DNA of 32,000 nucleotides from Mycolicibacterium smegmatis (GTDB lineage Bacteria; Actinomycetota; Actinomycetes; Mycobacteriales; Mycobacteriaceae): NCBI RefSeq assembly GCF_001457595.1, contig NZ_LN831039.1, positions 1,080,001 to 1,112,000 of the forward strand, read 5' to 3'. Shown piece by piece: positions 25,283 to 32,000 of this stretch (position 1 is its first letter; each line of letters starts with the position of its first letter). The notes under the pieces were generated by a model. It saw only the letters and a program-made list of their open reading frames with translations, ran no database searches and was not told where the DNA came from. The position numbers and the translations under genes were made by a program.

Positions 25283-25304
25283 AGAGGCTGACGTTTCGCT
25301 GACG

Positions 25305-26162
25305 GTGCGGTCGGGCACAATACCGGACGTGGTCGACGAACAGTTGTTCTGCGGGATCGAGTTGGCCCGGCGTATCGAACGTGCCGAGGCGCAATTGATC
25401 ACGGCCGCCACCGAGGCCACACGCGGCCGCGGCGCCGAGGGACTCGTCCTGCCGGTGGCCGGCGGCTTCGCCTGCTTCGCCGAACCAGGTTCGCCCATGA
25501 ACAAAGTGGTGGGCCTCGGTTTCAAGGGCGTCCCGGACGAATCGGTTCTCGGGCGGGTGGAGCGTGCCCTCGCGGCGCGTGGGTCGGCGACCCAGGTCGA
25601 GCTGTCCAATTTGGCAGATCCCGAAATCGCCGCATTGTTGACCGGTCGCGGCTATCGGCTGGAGGGGTTCGAGAACGTCCTCGGCCGACGCGTCACGGGC
25701 GAGACCTCCGGCCCGCCCGCCGGGGTCGAGGTGCACCGGGCACAGGATCTCACGGCCTTTGTCGACGTCGTGGTCGACGGTTTCGCGCATCCAGACGCCC
25801 AGGGCGTGCCCAGCCACGAGGACTTTCCCCGCGACGTCGTGGATCGGGTCACCCGCGACTTCCAAAAGGCCGGGGCGACACCCTATGTCGCGTTGTGTGA
25901 CGGCGCGGTCGTGGGCGGCGGCAGCGTGCGGTTCACCGACGGGATCGCGCAGTTGACCGGTGCGGCAACCGCGCCGGCGTACCGGCGTCGCGGTGTCCAA
26001 TCCGCATTGTTGCGGGCCAGGCTCGCCGACGCCGCGGCGGCGGGCTGCGAACTCGCGGTCGTCACCACCGCACCGGGATCGCTGTCACAGCACAACGTGC
26101 AGCGCCGCGGCTTCCAACTGCTCTACACCCGTGCGATCCTCGTCAAACCGCCGTCGAATTGA
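25305..26162 (+). CDS. GNAT-family N-acetyltransferase
   Basis: C-terminal GNAT motif A is present (AYRRRGVQSALLRARLADAAAAGCELAVV). 285 aa, consistent with a tandem-GNAT size. The start is uncertain. Confidence 0.75.
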   Translation: MRSGTIPDVVDEQLFCGIELARRIERAEAQLITAATEATRGRGAEGLVLPVAGGFACFAEPGSPMNKVVGLGFKGVPDESVLGRVERALAARGSATQVELSNLADPEIAALLTGRGYRLEGFENVLGRRVTGETSGPPAGVEVHRAQDLTAFVDVVVDGFAHPDAQGVPSHEDFPRDVVDRVTRDFQKAGATPYVALCDGAVVGGGSVRFTDGIAQLTGAATAPAYRRRGVQSALLRARLADAAAAGCELAVVTTAPGSLSQHNVQRRGFQLLYTRAILVKPPSN

Positions 26163-26181
26163 CGCAGTCCGATATTCGAGG

Positions 26182-26691
26182 TTATTGATTCGCGGCTTCG
26201 TACGCGGTGATGATCTCGGTGGAAAGGCGTCCGCGCTCGGAGACGCTGTGGCCGTTGGCCCGCGCCCATTCGCGGATCGCGCGGCTGCGCTCCTGGCTTG
26301 ACGTGCCTGCAGTTTTCGATGCGGTCCTGCGCGAAGAGGCCTTGCGCTTCGGTGCGCCCTTGGCGGCTGCCGCTTTGAGCGCCCGGTTGGATGCCCTTTT
26401 CGACACCCCGTTCGAGGTCCCGTTCGATTCCGCCTTCGAGGCAGCTTTGGCCTCGGCGGGTTTCCGGGCGCGGGCCGCCTTGCGCGTCACACGTCCGTCG
26501 TCGGCCTTCGCCTTCTTTGCGGCCTTGATGTAGCGCGCGATGTCCTTGTTGAACTGGGCGCCGTTCTTGGTGGTCAGGACAAGTGTGTAGTCCTCGCCGC
26601 GGTACGAAAATTCGACCGTGTCAACATCTTTCTCGTCGATCGGAACCCCGTCGAGATCGTCGATGTAGTCGATCGTCACAATTTTTCCCAC
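26182..26691 (-). CDS. Lsr2-family nucleoid-associated protein, long-linker paralogue
   Basis: N-terminal Lsr2 dimerisation domain (KIVTIDYIDDLDG...VEFSYRGEDYTLVLTTKNG). C-terminal DNA-binding domain (SRAIREWARANGHSVSERGRLSTEIITAYEAA). GTG 26691 is preceded by GGAGGAAG. Confidence 0.9.
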   Translation of the reverse strand: MGKIVTIDYIDDLDGVPIDEKDVDTVEFSYRGEDYTLVLTTKNGAQFNKDIARYIKAAKKAKADDGRVTRKAARARKPAEAKAASKAESNGTSNGVSKRASNRALKAAAAKGAPKRKASSRRTASKTAGTSSQERSRAIREWARANGHSVSERGRLSTEIITAYEAANQ

Positions 26692-26924
26692 GCAGCTTCC
26701 TCCGATGTCGGTGACTATTTTTATTCCAAAGCCTACCGTGTGTTGTGAGCGGTCAGAACATCACTGCATCGGAAACCGGCCGCGCGCCATCATTGATCAT
26801 TTCCGCGGGCCCGAAATACCGGGGTTCTCCGCCAGTGGTCAATGGCATCACCCATAAGCGCCCACCGTGCATCCTTGGCGGAAAAAGCGCTGAAATCCCG
26901 CCCACGATGCACGGTCGCCGCGAA

Positions 26925-27545
26925 TCAGTAGAGGATTTTGCGGAGGTTGTCCTCGGCGTAGTACTCGTCGAGTTCCTTGTCGCTCATATCGGGTTTGAAC
27001 GCCTTGGCCAACTGTGCCACCGACGGCACCGCGGTGGGATTCCACGTTTCGGGCTTCCATGTGTCCGAGCGCAGGAAAGCCTTGGCGCAGTGGAAGAAAA
27101 CCTCTTCGATGCTGATCTCCAGCGCCAGGATGGGGCGCTTGCCGTCGACCACCATGTCGTCGAAATAATCGGCGTCGGACAGGATTTTCGCGGTGCCGTT
27201 GATCCGCAACGTGTCACCGCGGCCGGGAATGAGGAACACCGTGCCGACGTGCGGTTGCTGCAGGACATTCAGATAACCGTCGACGCGTTTGTTGCCCGGT
27301 CGTTCCGGAATGGCGATCGTGGTGTCGTCGATGACGCGCACGAATCCCGGCGGATCGCCCTTGGGGGAGACGTCGACGCGCCCCTCGGCGTCGGTGGTCG
27401 CGACGAAACACAGCGGTGAGGCGGCAAGCCAGTCCTGCTGTACTTCGGAGAGTCGCGCGGTGACCTTGTTCGCGACGTATTTGTTGGGGTGTCCGACGAT
27501 GGCACGCAGTTCGTCCACTGAGGTGACCTCTTGGCGCATGTTCAC
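26925..27545 (-). CDS. Pyridoxamine 5'-phosphate oxidase-family (split beta-barrel flavin/deazaflavin-binding) protein
   Basis: SPLCFVATTDAEGRVDVSPKGDPPGF and GRGDTLRINGTA are typical of this PPOX-like family. 206 aa. Confidence 0.7.
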   Translation of the reverse strand: MNMRQEVTSVDELRAIVGHPNKYVANKVTARLSEVQQDWLAASPLCFVATTDAEGRVDVSPKGDPPGFVRVIDDTTIAIPERPGNKRVDGYLNVLQQPHVGTVFLIPGRGDTLRINGTAKILSDADYFDDMVVDGKRPILALEISIEEVFFHCAKAFLRSDTWKPETWNPTAVPSVAQLAKAFKPDMSDKELDEYYAEDNLRKILY

Positions 27546-27578
27546 ATCATGCCTGCACGCCGCAACCGGAAAAACCCC

Positions 27579-28619
27579 TCAACCGCCGAACCGGGCCACC
27601 AGGGCGCGCCGGTCGAGCTTTCCGATGCCGTGCCGGGGCAGTTCGTCGACCACATGCACCTCGCGTGGCGCGGCCGTGGCGTCGAGGGTCAGCGCGACGT
27701 GCGAGCGCAGTTCGGCGAGTTCGGGGAGCGGTGAACCCGCCGCGAGCACCACCGCGGCCACCACGCGCTGTCCCAACCGTTCGTCGGCCACCCCGAACAC
27801 CGCGGCCTCGGCGATCGCGGGGTGGGTCACCAACGCGGCCTCGACGAGTTGGGGCAGCACGGTCAGGCCGCCTGTGCTCACCGCGTCGTCGATGCGTCCC
27901 AGTACGCGCAGCGCACCCGAATCGTCAAGGACGCCAAGGTCATCGGTGCGAAACCAGCCCGGTTCGGAAAACGGGTCCGGCTCCACCGGATTGCGGTAGC
28001 CCTTCGCGACCGTCGCGCCGCCGAGTGAGATCCGCGAGTCCTCGATGCGGATCGTCACCCCCGCGAGCGGCACCCCGTCGTACACGCATCCGCCCGCGGT
28101 CTCGCTCATGCCGTAGGTACGGACCACTCGGACCCCGCCCGCGGCAGCGCGTTCGGCCATACCCGCAGGCATGGGTCCGCCGCCGATGAGCACCGCGTCG
28201 AGTTCGGCCAGCGCCGTGGTTGCCGCCGGATCGCGCAGTGCCTTGTCGAGTTGGATCGCGACCATCGACGCGTATTTGCGTCCCGGGCCCAATCGCGCTA
28301 TGGCAGAGGGCAATTCGCCGGGTTCGAAACCGGCGGGAATGGTCACGGGTGTGGTGCCCGCCACGGTGCTGCGCACCAGCACCTGCAACCCGGCGATGTG
28401 GTGGGCGGGCAGTGCCAGCAACCATCGGCCCGCCCCGCCGAGGCGTTCGTAGGTGGCCTCGGCACTGGAGACCAGGGCGCTGCGTGTCAGCAACGCACCC
28501 TTGGGTGCACCCGTCGTCCCCGACGTCGAGACCACCACGGCGACGTCGTCGTCGATGGATTCTCCGGCGCGCAACGTCGATGTCAGCAGCGCGGTCTGGC
28601 GTCGGTCCGCAGCAGGCAC
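27579..28619 (-). CDS. menE: o-Succinylbenzoate-CoA ligase (short actinobacterial MenE)
   Basis: AMP-binding P-loop STSGTTGAPKG, then YGMSET and GWFRTDDLG. Coordinates use the first canonical start (GTG 28619). The reading frame stays open and MenE-like up to 28733 (see findings). Confidence 0.85.
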   Translation of the reverse strand: MPAADRRQTALLTSTLRAGESIDDDVAVVVSTSGTTGAPKGALLTRSALVSSAEATYERLGGAGRWLLALPAHHIAGLQVLVRSTVAGTTPVTIPAGFEPGELPSAIARLGPGRKYASMVAIQLDKALRDPAATTALAELDAVLIGGGPMPAGMAERAAAGGVRVVRTYGMSETAGGCVYDGVPLAGVTIRIEDSRISLGGATVAKGYRNPVEPDPFSEPGWFRTDDLGVLDDSGALRVLGRIDDAVSTGGLTVLPQLVEAALVTHPAIAEAAVFGVADERLGQRVVAAVVLAAGSPLPELAELRSHVALTLDATAAPREVHVVDELPRHGIGKLDRRALVARFGG

Positions 28620-28714
28620 CGGCAGGATCGCGGATCCGCCGCCGGCCAGCAGATCCTCGAGGACGGTCAGCAGTTGCGCGGCCGACGCATCGACCGCGAC
28701 GGGGCGCAGGACGG

Positions 28715-29038
28715 CTATCGCGGGCCTCCCGATTCACCGTCGGGCTCCTCGCCGTCGCGCGGATCGTCGAGCGGCCAGCCCTGCAACGCAAGATGCCTGC
28801 GCACACGCTCGATGTCCTCTTCGCGTGGCATCTCGTCGGTCATCTGGGTTATCAGCACGCCGATGTCGATGTGGTCGAAGTGAGCACGTTTCTCCAGATC
28901 CTCCGCGATGGCCTTGATCTCGTCGTTGGTGAGCCGACGGGTCAACAATGCCAGCAGCGGCACCCGGTCGGGGCCGGGCACGCCCTCGGGGTACCCGGCG
29001 TTGAGCCAGGCCGCGATCTTGGCGAGAAATGCGTTCAC
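28715..29038 (-). CDS. DUF3349 protein (Rv0543c-like), copy 1
   Basis: WLNAGYPEGVPGPDRVPLLALLTRRLTNDE...QGWPL. I prefer GTG 29038, which has AGGAG 6 nt upstream. The ORF-track start 29059 (GTG) has no Shine-Dalgarno sequence. Confidence 0.8.
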   Translation of the reverse strand: MNAFLAKIAAWLNAGYPEGVPGPDRVPLLALLTRRLTNDEIKAIAEDLEKRAHFDHIDIGVLITQMTDEMPREEDIERVRRHLALQGWPLDDPRDGEEPDGESGGPR

Positions 29039-29080
29039 GTCGAACTCCTGAGGCGGCACCGAGGGGGAGCTGTCGGGTCA

Positions 29081-29096
29081 GGTATATCGGTATATC
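29081..29096. repeat. Tandem direct repeat GGTATATC x2 in the DUF3349/pitA divergent intergenic region
   Basis: ggtatatcggtatatc is the most AT-rich spot in the 260-bp intergenic region. Function unknown. Confidence 0.5.
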
Positions 29097-29319
29097 CACC
29101 GAGGATTTCACATACACGCCCACTCGGCTGGTGACGGCGGTCACAGCGAAATCGCCTCTCGCGGCGTCGATCCCGGCCGCGCCCGGGAAACGCATCACGG
29201 CGAGAAGATGAACAGTCGGTGAACACTGCCGTCAATGCAGGAAACACGCAGGTCAGACGCAGCATTTAGGACGGCTTGTCGCTGGTCAAATCGCTTCGCG
29301 ATCCAGCAGAATTGGCGGC

Positions 29320-30576
29320 ATGAGCGCAGAGCTTGTCGTGTTGGTGCTGCTGATAGCAACCGCACTTGCTTTCGACTTCACCAACGGCTTCCACGACACC
29401 GGCAATGCGATGGCCACCTCGATCGCAACCCGAGCGCTCAAGCCCAAGACCGCGGTCCTGCTGGCCGGCGTGCTCAACCTCGTCGGGGCGTTTCTCTCGG
29501 TCGAGGTCGCCATCACCGTCACCAGCTCGGTGCTCAAGATCCAGGATTCCTCGACCGGTCAGCTCGTCGGTTCGATCGACGCCTCGACCGGGCTCACCAT
29601 CATCTTCGCCGGCCTCATCGGCGGCATCCTGTGGAACCTGCTGACGTGGCTGTTCGGAATCCCGTCGAGCTCGTCGCACGCCCTGTTCGGCGGTTTGATC
29701 GGCGCCGGACTGGCCGCGATCGGCCTCGCCGGAGTCAACTGGGCCGGCGTCACCCAGAAGGTGCTGATCCCGGCGGTCGCCGCCCCCGTCATCGCCTGCC
29801 TGGTCGCGAGCTGCGGCACGTGGCTGATCTACCGCATCACCCGCAATGTCGCACAGAAGCGCCGCGAACAGGGCTTCCGTGTGGGCCAGATCGCGACGGC
29901 CTCGCTCGTGGCGCTGTCGCACGGCACCAACGACGCGCAGAAGACCATGGGCGTCATCGCGCTCGCGCTCATCACCACCGGACATCTCTCGGGCGACGTC
30001 AAGGAGAACGGCCTGCCGTTTTGGATCATCGCGTCGTGCGCGCTGGCCATCGGGCTGGGCACCTACCTCGGCGGCTGGCGCGTCATCCGCACGCTGGGCA
30101 AGGGCCTCGTCGAGATCGAATCTCCGCAGGGCCTGGCCGCCGAGGCGTCATCCGCCGCGATCATCCTGAGCTCTAGCGCTGCCGGTATGGCGCTGTCCAC
30201 CACCCACGTCGCCACCGGTTCGATCCTCGGCAGCGGCGTCGGCAAGCCCGGTGCCGAGGTGCGCTGGGCGGTCGCGGGCCGCATGGCGGTGGCGTGGCTC
30301 GTGACGCTGCCCGCCGCGGGCATCGTCGGTGCGCTGGCGTTCTGGCTGTCCCACGGGGTCGAGAAGCTGACCGGCTCGTCGCTGGCCGGTGACGGCCTGA
30401 TCTTCATGGTTCTCGTCGGCCTGTCGTTCTACATGTGGTGGCGTGCACAGCAGCAGAAGGTCGACCACAACAACGTCAACGCCGATTGGGACGAGACCAC
30501 CAACTCGGTGGTTCCCGCCGATCTGAAGGTGACCATCCCCGACAACTCCGAGCGCCCCACCCCCGCGGGTGTCTGA
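29320..30576 (+). CDS. pitA: Low-affinity inorganic phosphate transporter (PiT/PHO4 family)
   Basis: Duplicated PiT signature motifs GFHDTGNAMATSIATRAL and SHGTNDAQKTMGVI. 418 aa, polytopic. Confidence 0.9.
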   Translation: MSAELVVLVLLIATALAFDFTNGFHDTGNAMATSIATRALKPKTAVLLAGVLNLVGAFLSVEVAITVTSSVLKIQDSSTGQLVGSIDASTGLTIIFAGLIGGILWNLLTWLFGIPSSSSHALFGGLIGAGLAAIGLAGVNWAGVTQKVLIPAVAAPVIACLVASCGTWLIYRITRNVAQKRREQGFRVGQIATASLVALSHGTNDAQKTMGVIALALITTGHLSGDVKENGLPFWIIASCALAIGLGTYLGGWRVIRTLGKGLVEIESPQGLAAEASSAAIILSSSAAGMALSTTHVATGSILGSGVGKPGAEVRWAVAGRMAVAWLVTLPAAGIVGALAFWLSHGVEKLTGSSLAGDGLIFMVLVGLSFYMWWRAQQQKVDHNNVNADWDETTNSVVPADLKVTIPDNSERPTPAGV

Positions 30577-30591
30577 CCTGAAGGAACGTTG

Positions 30592-30870
30592 ATGACCTAC
30601 CTGGAATCCATCATGAAGGTTCTGGTGGTCGGGTTGATCCTCGGCGCCGGACTGCCCGCGCTGTTCGCCACCGGCCTGCTCGCGTTCGCGGGCACCGACG
30701 CCGACGCCGACGGTACCGCCGCGGCACGCAACCCGATGATGAAGTTCCTGGGCCTGGCGCTGTTCGTGTTCGTGGGTGCGGTGATCCTGGTCGCGATCCT
30801 GTGGATCACGCGCGGCACCATCATCCACCACACCGGTGTCGACCTTTTCCCGTTCCTTCCGAGGAAGTGA
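30592..30870 (+). CDS. Small two-TM membrane protein (Rv0544c-like)
   Basis: ATG 30592 follows GAAGGAA. Helices are VLVVGLILGAGLPALFATGLLAF and FLGLALFVFVGAVILVAILWI. The gene lies directly between pitA and the second DUF3349 gene. Confidence 0.65.
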   Translation: MTYLESIMKVLVVGLILGAGLPALFATGLLAFAGTDADADGTAAARNPMMKFLGLALFVFVGAVILVAILWITRGTIIHHTGVDLFPFLPRK

Positions 30871-30871
30871 C

Positions 30872-31183
30872 ATGACCGAGACGACGACGACCTTCATGGA
30901 CAACGTCCTCGGTTGGCTGCGCAAGGGCTACCCCGAGGGCGTTCCGCCGAAAGACTATTTCGCGCTGCTGGCCCTGTTGAAGCGGTCGCTCACCGAGGAC
31001 GAGGTGGTGCGCGCGGCGCAGGCGATCCTGCGTTCCACCGATGGCCAGAGCCCGGTGACCGACGACGACATCCGCAACGCGGTGCACCAGATCATCGAGA
31101 AGGAACCGACCGCCGAGGAGATCAACCAGGTCGCCGCGCGGCTGGCATCGGTGGGCTGGCCGTTGGCCGTTCCGGTGCGCTAG
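30872..31183 (+). CDS. DUF3349 protein, copy 2
   Basis: WLRKGYPEGVPPKDYFALLALLKRSLTEDE...VGWPL. ATG 30872 lies 1 nt after the upstream stop and is preceded by GAGGAAG. Confidence 0.8.
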   Translation: MTETTTTFMDNVLGWLRKGYPEGVPPKDYFALLALLKRSLTEDEVVRAAQAILRSTDGQSPVTDDDIRNAVHQIIEKEPTAEEINQVAARLASVGWPLAVPVR

Positions 31184-31200
31184 GCCGGTGCGCTGAGCGC

Positions 31201-31572
31201 CTAATCCCGCACGTCGCGCCGCAGCGGATGCGTCGAGGGCACCTGGACGAAGATCAGCGTGATGCCGTCGGGGTCGGTCACGTGCATCTCGTGCAGACCC
31301 CACGGTTCCTGTTTGGCCGGCCGCGTGATCGGCACCCCGCGACCCTCGAGCTCCTGCTGCGCGGCGTAGATGTCGCGCACCTGCAACCACAGGCTGCCGC
31401 CTCCCGACGGTTCGCCGTGGCCGGCGATCTCGATCAGCGACTGACCGGCGTAGAACACTGTGCCGCCGGGGTATTCACGCGCGATCGCCAGGCCGATCCC
31501 GTCGCGGTAGAACTCGAGCGATTTCTCGTAGTCGACCGGTCGGATCAACATCCGGCTGGCCAGGATCTCCAT
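31201..31572 (-). CDS. VOC/glyoxalase-bleomycin resistance family protein (Rv0546c-like)
   Basis: 123 aa with a paired beta-alpha-beta-beta-beta module pattern. The RPVDYEKSLEFYRDGIGL start is typical of the VOC fold. Confidence 0.75.
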   Translation of the reverse strand: MEILASRMLIRPVDYEKSLEFYRDGIGLAIAREYPGGTVFYAGQSLIEIAGHGEPSGGGSLWLQVRDIYAAQQELEGRGVPITRPAKQEPWGLHEMHVTDPDGITLIFVQVPSTHPLRRDVRD

Positions 31573-31620
31573 GGTGTCTGTCTACCACCCTCGTTTGCCG
31601 CGCGGGCGGGCGACACGGGA

Positions 31621-32000
31621 TCAGTTCGGTCGCCGTGTCATGCGGCTGTGCCGGTCACTGGCACGCAGGCCGATTGCGAAGGCGGCCTGATCCTCGAAGT
31701 TCAGCGGGTTGCGGCCGGTGATCTCGTGGATGCGCGCGAGCCGGTGCCGCACGGTGTTGGTGTGCAGGAAGAGTTCGCGCGCGGTGTCGATGAGGGATCC
31801 GTTGGTGGCCAGAAACACCCGCAGCGTCCGCACGTGCTGGGTGCCGCGCTCGTGGTCGCTCTCGGCCAGGGGGTCGATGAGTTGCTGCTTGAACGGCGTG
31901 AGCCTGCTGAGCGGAAGGCCTTCCAGCAGACTGTCGAACGTGCTCAGCTGATCGGGCCCGATGCTGCCGCCGTGCTGACGTGCTAGGTCGAGCGCGATGC
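31621..32000 (-). CDS. PucR/CdaR-family transcriptional regulator, C-terminal part (5' end outside window)
   Basis: By my manual translation the minus frame is open from base 32000 down to the stop at 31621. It ends with a PucR-type HTH (LRVFLATNGSLIDTARELFLHTNTVRHRLARIHEITG). Confidence 0.7.
   Translation of the reverse strand, partial: IALDLARQHGGSIGPDQLSTFDSLLEGLPLSRLTPFKQQLIDPLAESDHERGTQHVRTLRVFLATNGSLIDTARELFLHTNTVRHRLARIHEITGRNPLNFEDQAAFAIGLRASDRHSRMTRRPN

Noticed and set aside
26207..26533. 108-aa plus-strand ORF inside the Lsr2 paralogue gene
   Set aside because: It is the antisense frame of a clearly recognisable Lsr2 protein, and its composition mirrors the Lys/Ala-rich linker.
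25305..27545. GNAT-Lsr2-PPOX block as a recently acquired genomic island or defence locus
   Set aside because: No integrase, transposase, tRNA, flanking repeats or known defence-type domains. Only the short intergenic patch is AT-rich. The gene families are ordinary mycobacterial housekeeping or accessory types.
29266..29985. 239-aa minus-strand ORF antisense to pitA
   Set aside because: Asp/Arg/Gly-rich artefact. pitA on the plus strand carries both PiT signature motifs.
31172..31200. Direct repeat CCGGTGCGCT x2 and a 4-bp GCGC hairpin between the DUF3349 copy 2 gene and the VOC gene
   Set aside because: The first repeat copy lies within the coding 3' end and the stem is only 4 bp. The evidence is too weak to call a terminator or repeat element.
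1..32000. Search for CRISPR arrays, tRNA/rRNA genes, IS elements, toxin-antitoxin pairs or phage genes
   Set aside because: No intergenic gap exceeds about 260 bp. I saw no spaced direct-repeat arrays, cloverleaf-like sequences, transposase/integrase-like ORFs or typical small TA gene pairs.

Overview
High-GC (roughly two-thirds G+C by eye) actinobacterial chromosome, almost certainly a fast-growing Mycobacterium/Mycolicibacterium. From memory, the gene content (a long-linker Lsr2 paralogue, two DUF3349 genes flanking pitA, menA/menE) resembles the M. smegmatis region syntenic with M. tuberculosis Rv0528-Rv0546c; I could not run a search to confirm this. The window is densely coding, with about 38 CDSs. 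I saw no rRNA, tRNA, CRISPR array, transposase or integrase. The conserved backbone is: resB/ccsA cytochrome c maturation, an Rv0530-like MinD/ParA ATPase, menA, MTAP, an SDR epimerase, GT2 + DUF2064, a GT-C-like membrane protein, menE, DUF3349, pitA and a VOC protein. Accessory blocks are interleaved with this backbone. (i) A GAF/HisKA_3 kinase lies next to a stand-alone receiver that heads a TAXI-TRAP transporter operon, with a distal NarL/LuxR regulator plus a TetR-MFS pair. (ii) An intramembrane-type HK/OmpR pair sits divergent to a tightly coupled GT2-DUF2064-methyltransferase-(cytochrome b/Moco fusion)-TM operon that faces the GT-C gene. (iii) A GNAT-Lsr2 paralogue-PPOX block. The best candidate for an uncharacterised system is block (ii), a two-component-controlled module that may modify the envelope by glycosylation and redox chemistry. 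Other points: the menE N-terminal coding region has no canonical start codon, and an ATA overlaps the upstream TAG stop. Several genes look leaderless, with a TANNNT box 6-7 nt upstream of the start codon. An arrayed palindromic TetR operator is present. A quasi-palindrome overlaps the candidate -10 box of the GT-C gene. The pitA-TM-DUF3349 module is inverted and carries a second, diverged DUF3349 copy. All functional calls rest on motif and family recognition by eye, not database searches.
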